Shown piece after piece: positions 10,460 to 22,800 of a stretch of 53,112 nucleotides of DNA. The notes beneath the pieces are model-generated. The model was not told where the DNA came from. It was given only the letters and a program-made list of their open reading frames with translations, and made no database searches. The position numbers and the translations under genes were made by a program. The DNA lies in assembly GCA_002104905.1 (NCBI GenBank), contig MCFE01000610.1:1-53112 (forward strand). The letters are read 5' to 3'. The stretch is from Basidiobolus meristosporus CBS 931.73. Taxonomy: Eukaryota > Fungi > Basidiobolomycota. Each line of letters begins with the position of its first letter. The first letter of the stretch is position 1.

Positions 10460-10625
10460 CGAGAGAATCTGATCAAATGTATCCCTTGAAGGATGTTTGC
10501 TCAGTGGGTCCTTAGCAGAGCGCAAGCTACGGGGAGTTGTCCACGCATTGTGAATATTTATTGCTCGCTTTTTCCTCTTGTATTAGATGGCGGTTAATTG
10601 ACATCGCATCTAGGAAGCTTTACAG
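10460..10625 (-). pseudogene. Heavily decayed family A 5'/promoter relic
   Basis: Similarity to the family A 5' end and upstream region (gagagaatctgatcaaatgtat; agagcgcaagctacggggagttg; ttgacatcgcatctaggaagctt). Confidence 0.5.
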
Positions 10626-11428
10626 AACTGATGAGTCTCATCAACACTGCATGTCGCATTCAAACACCAAATGTCTGTCTGTCTTCATTTGAAATGAATA
10701 TTAGAGGGAAAGTGCATTGTATGAATGCGGATCAATCAACATTTAGCATGACGCTTATATTTACAACTAAGCCATTATCAAGTCTCGTATAACTGGCTTC
10801 CCCTCAAATTTGCCACTGCAACCATGAGGCGAGCATTGTTGTTCTGCAGTAAATGCCACGCTACGATCAGTGTGCAAGATTAGAACTGGATGTTGATAAG
10901 GCGCTAGCAAGGCTAGGAGGCTATCACATTTAGGTACTCAGACCAGTTAACAGCCCCAACTATACGGAATGGCATTTATTTAGTTTGAATTGGCGACGGA
11001 TGCGCTTGCTTCATATATGCTCAACATATTAGTTTATGCATTGCGGATATTGAATGCTGCTTGGTAAACCTGGAGCTCAAACAATATCCGCCTCTCCCTT
11101 TCTCGCCATATCCTTCTTGGAGTTCTGTTCCTTAGGAGCCAACATCTTCACAGGTGCAACTATATCCACAATGTCCTCTATTGCTTCAAGTCCTTGTGCC
11201 CAATAAATACTCCCCCTTCTTGCTTCTTCTTTCCTGATGTATTTGGGCTTTTTTTTGCTAAAGTAGAGCAAATGCGGTTCTACAGAGCAAAATCGTAGAA
11301 TGTTGTAGTGTCTTTGTTGCTTTGACACAGTGATATGTGATGTACTTGGCATCACACTCATATGAACTATTTAAACAAGACCCGCTGTTTCTTTAGGTCA
11401 CATACACACCACTGTTTGCAACATATCC

Positions 11429-12430
11429 ATGCCCACAACTCCACTTTCCTCCGAGATATCTAAGCTGCTTATTGCACTACAGAATGTCTCTGATAGGGAT
11501 CAGCTATTTGAGCTCCTCCGCGTCTTCCTTGGCCTCCTTTTACGTGAAAAAGGCTTTGTGGATATTATACTGCGGGATTGTTTTCTGTCAGCTTTGCTAT
11601 CTGATGGGATCCGGAAAGATGGTGATATATCTACACCACCCCCAACTACACGATCTCTTATGAAAGGCAAAGAACCTTTGCTAACATCACCCTCATCACC
11701 AGTACCTTGTACTCAACCTCTCCCCTTCCAAGCCAATTCCTCCCTAGCACATTGTGCCCAAGCACTCCCCTCCCAAGCCAACTCCCCGCTGTTCCATCAT
11801 ACTCAAGCTCCCCCCTCCCAAGCTAATTCCTTGCTTGAACATCGTACTCAAGCTGCCCCCTCCCAAGCCAATTCCTTGCCGTCAAATAATTGTCAGGTAA
11901 AATGTGGTGCTAATCACTTCCTTCAGAAGTTGGCAGCAACAATCAAGCTTCATCAGGACTCTCCAAAGGATCTGAATCTAATTGCAGATCTTGATCCTTC
12001 CAAGCATTTTCAAGAAATACTCAATAGCCGACCTGCTTTGCCAGTGGTCCAGATTTCCAGGCTGAGCAATTCTGTGGAGCAGCTGAACGGTCTTGGAGAA
12101 CTGGCCCTAATTCTGTCTAACATCCGCCTTTATCGGCTTGGAAGTATTTATGTTGACTTTTGTAGGGGTCAAATTGCTGATAACCCAAGTTGGAGACGTT
12201 TGACCCGTATTGGTATTACCAGAAAGCTCCGCTCAGCCTTACGCGTGCAAGCCGCTGCATGCCATCAGCCACTTAACTACTCAGCTGTAAAGGCAAACCT
12301 AGAGAGAGGAGCATCTCTATATTGTCTTGCCAGCTTCTTGGGTCTTTTGGTTTTACAGTATACTGATACAGTAACCGCAAGAAGAATTAGCGAGCTGTCT
12401 CCTGGATGCTGGGAGCTGGTGATTCAGTAG
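11429..12430 (+). CDS. Hypothetical protein (333 aa) with a Pro/Ser/Gln repeat linker; possibly transposon-associated
   Basis: 1-kb uninterrupted ATG-to-stop ORF in otherwise stop-riddled DNA. No family recognised. Confidence 0.55.
   Translation: MPTTPLSSEISKLLIALQNVSDRDQLFELLRVFLGLLLREKGFVDIILRDCFLSALLSDGIRKDGDISTPPPTTRSLMKGKEPLLTSPSSPVPCTQPLPFQANSSLAHCAQALPSQANSPLFHHTQAPPSQANSLLEHRTQAAPSQANSLPSNNCQVKCGANHFLQKLAATIKLHQDSPKDLNLIADLDPSKHFQEILNSRPALPVVQISRLSNSVEQLNGLGELALILSNIRLYRLGSIYVDFCRGQIADNPSWRRLTRIGITRKLRSALRVQAAACHQPLNYSAVKANLERGASLYCLASFLGLLVLQYTDTVTARRISELSPGCWELVIQ
11711..11880 (+). repeat. In-frame 45-bp coding minisatellite (~3.7 units; QxxPSQANSxLxHxT)
   Basis: QPLPFQANSSLAHCA / QALPSQANSPLFHHT / QAPPSQANSLLEHRT / QAAPSQANSL. 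Confidence 0.85.
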
Positions 12431-12966
12431 CTAGTTGACAACCCTGACACAAGGGGCTGTTTTGGTGAAAATGAGCAATATGAGCATCTTAACACTTGGC
12501 AGCTCTTTGTTTTTGAGAACTACTATCTATTATAGCTTTATTCAATAAATACCGTCAAGTGCTCTATGCAGCATATTGTCAGAACCAACCACACTAACAT
12601 CACGGAATACAGGCCAAGTACCATAGCTTTGCACTTATCATGCAAGATTACACATATATTAGTTTGTTTTAGAGTAAAATGCCGCCACTATTGACAAATA
12701 TTTTATATCCCTGTAAGTCTTGCCTCTGTAGATAAAGCCTCTATACTCTATGTATTATACAATTGCATGCGGACTTCTGTATGTTCTTAGTCCCTAATAA
12801 AAAACTAAACAAAATGCTAGCATAATGCCATCATAATATCCGCTGAATTCCAAATTAATCAAAACTGACAGTTATTGATATCTCATGTACTAGCTATTGA
12901 GCAGACTAGCAAGCATATTTTCCAGAAGGAGACTAGGCCAACTAACATCTATGCCAAGTTTGGTAG

Positions 12967-14114
12967 CTAGCTGATAACTATGTTGACCAAAAATTGTAAC
13001 ATAATATTTGAACATGAAACACTGTGTGAATACCAGCAGAATACAAGCTGAAAATCAGATGAATTCCTAGTTTGTGATCTTTCATAGGGAGTATTGAGGT
13101 TTAGATAATAATAATGCATGTGAGTTATGGAGCAAGTTCCTTGGATCTTACACATTTGGCAGCAATACAGCCCATTGTGCCCACAATATCCAGCTATCTT
13201 GCTGATGGCCATGGTATCTCCAAAGCAGATAACAATGTGTGCATTGACTTGATGACCATTTACTAGAATTCCACTGGATAGCTTGCATCCTATTGTGGTG
13301 AAGTTCTGACAAGTTGAGTGCCTTGCAATGGTGGCATTCTCATCAGTGAGTGCCATCAACTGTGTGCACATGCTGGTATCAGGAGGATCTTTAGATCATA
13401 TGTTGACAGGTGCATTACAGTTGTCCATCTGTACCAGGCACATGGTAAGTTGCATCCCAAAATGATTTTAGCTAGAAGTAGTAGTAAATCCTCAAAGCCC
13501 CCATTACTCATATTGGGGGAAATGTGCCACCTCTCTAGCATTTATATCACTTCATTCACCAGTAAATGGATTAATGGGGTCACTTGGCTCCATTGAGTAT
13601 ACTCTGCATTTTGTTCAATGGCTGTTTTCTCAACACATATTGGGCTCTTACCAGTCTCATGCAGGGTAAAGTTGTGAGGAGAAGTGGGCTTAGAATATAT
13701 CAGAGAGCCATCTTCAGAGCTATCACCATATGGGCCATATTTGGAAGGCTAAGGTGAGCTGGAAGGTTGCACAGACTTGCCTGACTTATTTTTGGCAAAT
13801 TGGCACAAGCAGCCAGATGCTGTAATAGAAGTATGAAGAGGCTGGCAAGACATTTTAGGTGATATAGTGACTGATGAATGTTTATACATGGCTTGTATGG
13901 AAAAACACTGGCAGTGATCTTGGTAATATTTCCTGTGCTGTCTATGTGCCCCATGGCTGAGGGGCTTATTGTAATAACCACACAGTCTTTTTTTGCTGCT
14001 CTTATGGTGTTTTATCAGAGTAATCTTGTCCATGAGCCAAGTGGCTTGATATTTGACAATGTATTGCTGTTGTATCACTTTCTTGTCAATATTCATGAAA
14101 GTCAGGACAGTCAT
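12967..14114 (-). mobile_element. Decayed CACTA/EnSpm (Tnp2-like) DNA transposase relic
   Basis: GDTMAISKIAGYCGHNGLYCCQMCKIQG matches the GD-x-PA..GHNG..C-x-x-C..G block typical of fungal CACTA-like transposases. Upstream frameshifted pieces (PLLLTTLPCMR; LLVNEVI*MLER) fit the preceding motifs. Motif recall only, no search run; no TIRs found. Confidence 0.55.
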
Positions 14115-15349
14115 ATATGTGAGATATTGAATCTACATCAATGTAAGATTAAACCATGACTCACAATGCTAATCATTATCAATAAAGTTGTGGCACCACA
14201 TACTCACATATATGTAGTACTATATCCTCTTTGGTTTGACTTGCATCATATTATGCAGAAAAAAAAATAACCCAACTTTGACTGGTCCCCAACCAACCAC
14301 AGTGCAGACAGCAGCATAAGAATGGTTGGACAACAGCTTGCTGCAATATTTAGTGCAGCAAGTGGAGCCGCATCCAAAAAAATCTGCATTGAAAGTGTAC
14401 TCACTGAAGATGATGATACAGACTCCTCAGCCTCTCAGTCAACTAGGCAGTTGGAAATATCTGGGGAGCCACAAGCTGACTATAAAGCTTAGGCAGATGG
14501 GAGTGTTGCAAATGGAGTATCACTGGTAGAAGACTGGCAATTGATCATTGTGACTACAGCAGCACTGGTACTTGCAAGTATATTATCAGCCCATATCGAA
14601 GCATTGAGAGGCACTTGTGGCAAGTGGCTAATAGAATAGATGCAAGGGCCCAGAGAAATCAGGAAACAGTTCAGGGACAGGATGAGTGGATACTGGGTGT
14701 AGAGCAATCAATATCCCAGGTAGAGAATGCTGCATTGTTGCCGCAAAGAAGGAACTTAAGCAGCTGTATGATATAGATCAGAATCAAGCTATTTCTTGAA
14801 ATAGCAGCAGTGGAATATCATTCAATTTCTAATGCACAACAACAGTGCCTAAAGATAAGGCCCACAGAAAAGCCTTTCTTAGCATGGGAGGGAGAGACTG
14901 TGAGAAACATACCAAAGATTCAATATCAAAAAACATTGAAGAGCCATCATACCGTTGAATGCAATGATAATGAGTGGGCAAATATTCAAGAGGCTATTAA
15001 AAATACTGCATACACTCATCTAAAGGCTGGCATACCTGAGGTTTTCAGGAACTATAGGACAGGCAGAGAGCACTTGACCTTCCCCATGAGCATTGTCCTG
15101 GATTCAAATAAGCAAATAGATCTTGGGGCAGCACTGAGATGCTAAGAAGATATCTAAAGAATAGTAGAAACTATCCAGGGCAGAAGAACAATGGTGCCAT
15201 GGCTAAAAAACAGCAACTTCCTCATGAGCCCATTGTAAGTAGGACTGAAAGCCTGAAACAAATGGTAAAAAAGTGTCAAGTTGCTAGAACAGTGCTGTTA
15301 AGGGGAAAATAGGCAGAAACAAATGCACCAATGCAGTACTTATCAAGGA

Positions 15350-15850
15350 AATAGCATAGTACACTACAGAAAGCACTCAGTCAAAGTAGTAGCAAAGAAC
15401 CTGGCAGTGGTGCAGCAAAAGAGAAAGGGAGAGTAAAGAAGTTCTACCCAAGCCAGCAGCCAAGAAGTGTGAGAAACAATCTGCAGTTCTCACCAATTGA
15501 CAACAACAACTTAGAACAGTCTGAATCTTGGAGTAGCCAAGAATAATTAGCAACAAGATAACAGCTGTTTTAACAAGAGCTGAAAGCACAGCCAGTTGAA
15601 CTACTCTCCAGTGAGGTAGATGTGCTTGTAGAGAAAGGCAATTTGTCTACCATAGCTTTCACAACCTCCACAGCCTCAGTTATATTCACAGTGGAGATCC
15701 TACTGGCAAGCAAAGCAACAATGTGAGGAAGTCTGAGGATTATTTCAATGCCTACAGTGGAATTTGGAACACAAATACACACACCAGGATGTTGCAGCAT
15801 TTCTTCAATAGCAGCAAGGATGAAAGTACACATGTATATTACAAGGAATT
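15350..15850 (+). repeat. Diverged dispersed repeat, inverted partner of 19385-19870
   Basis: The reverse complement aligns along ~500 bp (e.g. tgctgcaacatcctggtgtg / tgctgcaacaccctggtgtg; ctgttctaagttg / ctgttctaagctg). Confidence 0.8.
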
Positions 15851-16914
15851 TTTACAAAGACTGGCAGTACGGTGCTGAACTTTCTATAGCTGGCTGAAGA
15901 CCAGAATGTTTGAAAACCAGTGAACAAACAATGGCATAAAGCCATAGGGTACCTGTCAAAGTCATGGCCAAAGGGTGTCAAGGCAGAAACCCTTATGAAA
16001 TGGAGTACTTTAATGGAGGTATTTGCTGTATGTGAGGTAAGGCTTAATGTTAGTGCTGGGTATAGGCACTTGTATAGGCCAGAACCATATCAAGAAGCTC
16101 AAAGTTGGAATTCATCTGTTTCTTAGCTGGTAATCAGCTGGCATTATATTTACATATTGCTGGTATTTTGCCAGTATATCCCCTTCAAATCCTCAATTGG
16201 AATTTTTGAGCTGGATAGCAGGCAGCTGATTACCAAGTTTGGTGTGAATGCTAGTTGGCATAGTCATCACCTGGAGAATATGTCTGCATATCTGCCTGAT
16301 AGCTAGTACCTGATGTGTTGAGAGTGGCCATTTTTGAAAAACTTAGAATTCAGCTGATATTATGATGATGTTCAGCTGGCCTTTTGTTAACTTTTCTTCT
16401 TAAGCAGTATAATCTACAACTTAGCTACATCAGACAATTCAACAGAGATAAACTAATTTGTATGCATAAAAAGTAAGTGGACTGGTGGACTTTGTAATCA
16501 AGGAGTGTGAAGTGAGGCAATAGCCAATCAATGTACACAAACAGACAAAATGATTGAGTGTCTGGGATCAGAAAGTGAGAGAAATGGCAAGGAACTAATT
16601 GAAAGCCACTTGTGAACCAATGAAATAAAAATATTTAGCTAAGCTTTTTGTGCAATGTGAAGTGCAATATTATTTGCACAGTTTTTGCATGGTGTCCTGA
16701 CAGCATCAGTACCTCTTGGTCACAGGATATAAATCTTGAGATGGCCTTCTGATGAGATCATCACAATTTATATCATAGTGCTTAGCATCTATAAGTGAGA
16801 ATTGCCAGAGATTAGGATGTACTTCACAGGTACTTTTAAGCATCCATTTTAGACTTGTTCTGATGGATAATGCCACACCATATGATACCATAGGCTGCCA
16901 ATGGCACACAGCAG

Positions 16915-17490
16915 ACCTAAATCTGGCCACAGACTGTAAAATATAACTGTACATATTCATACAAGGTAGCCTCTGTGCTTCACCCATTGTTTTAGAGAAA
17001 ATCTACTTTTTGACCTTTTTTTAGGGATGAAATTGTGCAAGATGTCCACAAGTGAGATAGAAATGAAGGCATGCATCTGATATTCAATACCCATGGAACT
17101 CTAACTCTAACTTTAGGGGGTTTAAGCATGCCATAAAAATGGATGGCACTATCTTAGTCCACTGGTACCATCTGGCACTTTAAAGGCTTCAGATTAAATT
17201 TACCTTAAGGATAATATTCAAGTATAGTACTGGATAGTACCAGTGGACCAAGATAGAGCTATCCATTTTTATAACATGCTTAAACTCCATGCAGCAAGAA
17301 TTAGAGTTCTATGAGTATCAAATGCTTGCCTTCATTTCTTTTGCACTTCTGAGCACCATGAATAACATTGACCCCAAAAAATGGTCAAAAGATGAACTTT
17401 CTGCAGCACAATAGGTGTAACACATGGGCTGCTATTTGTAAAGATGTGCAATTCTAACTCACAATCTATGGCAAAGTTTAGGATTGATTC
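16915..17490. repeat. Imperfect ~570-bp palindrome (foldback/MITE-like) centred at ~17202
   Basis: Inner arms 17120-17179 and 17226-17285 match as reverse complements at about 85%. Symmetry continues outward, decaying, to ~16915 and ~17490. Confidence 0.8.
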
Positions 17491-19384
17491 ATGTCTTTGG
17501 CACATGGTGGCACTATTTGACACTATCACACAGAGCAATATTGTTCACATCAATCAAACAGCAATTTACACAAAAACATACAGCTCAGTTATTGATTGCC
17601 ATTTTCACTTTGAGCATCCACTAGCAGCTGTCAGAGAAAAAAATTGCCCACCTGACCAAAACAACGTTGTTATTCAACGCTATTAGATCAGTGATCATTG
17701 CTATTTTGGTGCCAGCATCAGCTGGCTGCAGCTAGGCAGTTACATTGCTTACATTACTATGGCATCACTGCAATATGAGCTAATAGCTCATATACTTATC
17801 ACCATTTTTGTTACAGCTGGTTACATTGCTCACATGGCTATCACATTATGATCTGAAGCTATTAGCTTGATTGTTCATTAACATTTGTGGTGTTGGCATT
17901 AACTGGCGGCAGTTAGATAAGTCCATTTTTCACATGACTTCAGCAAGATAACAATCTAAAACTACTGCCTCTGTTATCTATTTTCATACTTGGTGTGAGC
18001 ATTCACTGGCTGCCACCAGGCTTTACATTGCTCATATGACCAGAGAAACAGTATATTATGGGACAATTAGATCAAGAAATATCTTGCCATTTTTGGTGAG
18101 AGCATCCACTAGCTGCTGCCAGACAAATCTACCAATCACATGGCTCAATCAGCAAAATATTCCAAAATTTGCATATCAGTTTTATAGAGGACTTGTTCCA
18201 TTGTACCCTGGCAGTGTGCGTGGCATGACACATGGTCTAAAAGAATAACTGGGTGCATTATTATAATAATTAATAGGCAAAATCATTCTTGGACAATATT
18301 GCACTATGTGGGACAATCATGCACATAATGCAACAATCTGACACAATAAGGATGGCATGGATGATTACACTAGTCCATAATAGCCATCCCACATTTGCAA
18401 TCCAATACCACCATGATAGCAGGTATAAGAAGGTATATGGATATATTTCTTTTGAAATAATTAGGAATCCACCTGATTATTAATGTATTGTGAACTAGTA
18501 CTTAGTTGAAAAGTGTACTTCAGATTGTTCACTTAGGAATTAGTTTATAATGTATATGCTAATTATTCAGAATTAATGAAGTACAAAATCTTAAGAAAAT
18601 TTGAAACTTGTCCAAATGAGCTGATACTTGGCACATGTACTCCTGAGAACCTCCAATAATGACCAAATTGCTATATTTACGTAGTCCTGCAATAAGTATA
18701 ATACTGTGTTGCAACTCAATAAAGTAGCAAGCAATTAACAGGTAAACCTTCTAATTCTCCAATTCACTTCCAATATATCTATCTAATATTTCAACAGTTT
18801 CTGCAGCATAAAAGGAAATATATGCATATCACACTATAAACCATACTGATACTTAACACTTTGGTTACCCTCATTCTAATTGGATGAAGTGTCAAAGTAG
18901 GATTGGCTTAAAAGTATCATAAAGCTTTAAGCCCCCAATTGGTCTAATGGCAAATATGCAGGCTACCTGATCTGCTGTCAAATATCCCATCTCTCCTATT
19001 AAGCAAACAATTCATAGAACCTAATGATTGGACCAGATGTGATGGTTGCATGTGAATAGTTAGGCAGATGCAAAACAGACCAAATAGCCGCACTGGTGTT
19101 GCAGATGATGTAGTAATATGCCAGGTGTGTATTTTTAGGGGTAAGTTTCAGGTGTGAGACTACTAAGATATTACTCTTATCTACACCCTATAGACAATGT
19201 GAAGATCATGTATAATGGCCTTAACAAAATCTTAATCCCATGACCAGGAGGTATTGATGCCATCAGGGCACTGTGCCAAAAATGTTGGAAATAGGTTGCA
19301 CCTCAAATTGTGCAAAACAATTAGTCAAATTTTCTCATTTCTACAGTTCCTAACTTACTTTTGATTGGTTCTTTGTCATTTGTA

Positions 19385-19870
19385 TCACTTTCTACAATAC
19401 TTCCTTGCAATATGCAAGTGTATTGCTGTCATTACTGCTTTTGAAAAGGTGCTGCAACACCCTGGTGTGCTTATTGGAGATCCAAAACTCCACTCTAGGT
19501 GTTGCAATAATCCTCATACTCCTTCAAGCTTGTGCTTTTCTTACAGTGAGATATTCACTCTATGTACAACCAAGGCAGTAGTAAATAAACTGCCTTTGTC
19601 TGCAAGCTCATCTACTTAGCTGCAGTGTAGGTCAACTGGCTGCAATTTAAGCTCTTGGGAAAGAAGCTGTTATCTTGTTGAAGATTCTTCTTGGCTATTA
19701 CAGTATTCACACTGTTCTAAGCTGACATCATTAATTTGTAAGAGCTGCAGCTTATTTCTCACATGTCTCTGCCACTGGCTTGGGTGGACTTTTTTTCCTT
19801 TCCCTTTCTCCTTCATTGTACTACTGTCAGGTCTTCACTGCTACTTCCGCTGAGTGCATCTTGTATTGTA
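19385..19870 (-). repeat. Diverged dispersed repeat, inverted partner of 15350-15850
   Basis: Same alignment. It ends immediately before the first satellite monomers. Confidence 0.8.
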
Positions 19871-19879
19871 CTACATTTT

Positions 19880-22800
19880 TCCACAGACATGTAACTGAAT
19901 TTCAGCATGTGAATCTTCTTTCTCACAGCAGCCACTGGTTGCTCACTGGCATGTGACTGACAACCATGTTGCTAATTTTTAATTTGACAGCAGCCACTTG
20001 TTGCCTGTGGACATGTGACCAACAAACATGATTCTAATTTAATGTAACAGCAGCTACTTGTTGCTCACAGACATGTGACTAAAAACATACACATTAATGA
20101 TCAGGCTAACAGCAGCTACCAAATGCCCACAAATATGTGACTGAATGTCAGAATGCCAAATTCCTTACTGACATGTGACTGAATTCCAGCATGCCAATTT
20201 TCTTTCTAACGGCTGCCACTGGTTGCTCACAGGCATGTGACTGACAATCATAATGCTAATTTTTAATCTGACAGCAGCTACTGGTTGCTTACAGACATGT
20301 GACTTAAAATCATTATGCTAAATTTAATCTGACAGCAGCCACTTGTTGCCCACAGACATGTGACTAAAAACCATCAGAATATTGATCAGGCTGACAGCAG
20401 CCACCGGTTGCCCACAGACATGTGACTAAATTTCAGCATGCTAATTTTCTTTCCAACAGCAGCCACTGGTTGCCCACAGACATGTGACTGAATTTCAGCA
20501 TGCTAATATTCTTTCTGAGAGCAGCCACTGGTTGCCCACAGACATGTTACTGAATTTCAGCTTGCCAGTTTTCTTACTGACAGCAGCCACTGGTTGCCCA
20601 CAGACATGTGACTGAATTTCAGCTTTCCAGTTTTCTTACTGACAGCAGCCACTGGTTGCCCTGAGACATGTGACTGAATTTTGGCTTGCCAGTTTTTACT
20701 GACAGCAGCCACTGGTTGCCCACAGACATGTGACTGAATTTCAGCATGCTAATTTTCTTTGCAACAGCAGCCACTGGTTGCCCACAGACATGTGACTGAA
20801 TTTTGGTCTGCCAGTTTTGTCACTAACAACAGCCGCTAGTTGCCCTGAGACATGTGACTGAATTTCAGCATGCTAATTTTCTCTGTGATAGCAGCCACTG
20901 GTTGCCCACATACATGTGATTGAATTTCAGCTTGCCAGGTTTTACTGACAGCAGCCACCGGTTGCCCACAGACATGTGACTGAATTTCAGCATGCTAATT
21001 TTCTTACTGACAGCAGCCACTGGTTGCCCACAGACATGTGACTGAATTTCAGCATGCTAACTTTCTTTCTGAGAGCAGCCACTGGTTGCCCACAGACATG
21101 TGATTGAATTTCAACTTGCCAGTTTTCTTACTGACAGCAGCCACTGGTTGCCCACAGACATGTGACTGAATTTCAGCATGCTAATTTTCTTTCTGACAGC
21201 AGCCACTGGTTGCGCACAGACATGTGACTGAATTTCAGCATGCTAATTTTCTTTATGAGAGCAGCCACTGGTTGCCCACAGACATGTGACTGAATTTCTG
21301 CTTGCCAGTTTTCTTACTGACGGCAGCCACTGGTTGCCCACAGACATGTGACTGAATTTCAGCTTGCCAGTTTTCTTACTGACAGCAGCCACTGGTTGCC
21401 CACAGACATGTGACTGAATTTCAGCATGCTAATTTTCTTTCTGAGAGCATCCACTGCTGGCCACAGACATGTGACTGAACTTCAGCTTTCCAGTTTTCTT
21501 ACTGACAGCAGCCACTGGTTGCCCTGAGACATGTGACTGAATTTTGGCTTGCCAGTTTCTACTGACAGCAGCCACTGGTTGCCCACAGACATGTGACTGA
21601 ATTTCAGCATGCTGATTTTCTTTGCGACAGCAGCCACTGGTTGCCCACAGACATGTGACTGAATTTTGGTCTGCCAGTTTTGTCACTAACAACAGCCGCT
21701 GGTTGCCCTGAGACATGTGACTGAATTTCAGCATGCTAATTTTGTCTGTGATAGCAGCCACTGGTTGCCCACATACATGTGATTGAATTTCAACTTGCCA
21801 GGTTTTACTGACAGCAGCCACCGGTTGCCCACAGACATGTGACTGAATTTCAGCATGCTAACTTTCTTTCTGAGAGCAACCACTGGTTGCCCACAGACAT
21901 GTGACTGAATTTCAGCTTGCCAGTTTTCTTACTGACAGCAGCCACTGGTTGCCCACATTCATGTGACTGAATTTCAGCATGCTAATTCTCTTTATGAGAG
22001 CAGCCACTGGTTGCCCACAGACATGTGACTGAATTTCAGCATGATAATTTGTCTTACTGACAGCAGCCACTGGTTGCCCACAGACATGTGATTTCAGCAT
22101 GCTAACTTTCTTTCTGAGAGTAGCCACTGGTTGCCCACAGTCATGTGACTGAACTTCAGCATGCTAATTTTCTTTCTGAGAGCAGCCACTGGTTGCCCAC
22201 AGACATGTTACTGAATTTCAGCTTGCCAGTTTTCTTACTGACAGCAGCCACTTGTTGCCCACAGACATGTGACTACAAGCCATCAGAATATTGATCATAC
22301 TGACAGCAGCCACTGGTTGCCCACAGACATGTGACTGAATTTCAGCATGCTAATTTTCTTTCCGACAGCAGCCACTGGTTGCCCACAGACATGTGACTGA
22401 ATTTCAGCATGCTAATATTCTATCTGAGAGCAGCCACTGGTTGCCCACAGACATATTACTGAATTTCAGCTTGCCAGTTTTCTTACTGACAGCAGCCACT
22501 GGTTGCCCACAGACATGTGACTGAATTTCAGCTTTCCAGTTTTCCTACTGACAGCAGCCACTGGTTGCCCTGAGACATGTGACTGAATTTTGGCTTGCCA
22601 GTTTTTACTGACAGCAGCCACTGGTTGCCCACAGACATGTGACTGAATTTCAGCATGCTAATTTTCTTTGCGACAGCAGCCACTGGTTGCCCACAGACAT
22701 GTGACTGAATTTTGGTCAGCCAGTTTTGTCACTAACAACAGCCGCTGGTTGCCCTGAGACATGTGACTGAATTTCAGCATGCTAATTTTCTCTGTGATAG

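Noticed and set aside
18295-18400. Short inverted repeats (attgca..tgtggga / tcccaca..tgcaat; ggatggc / gccatcc)
   Set aside because: Arms are too short to exceed chance in this composition.
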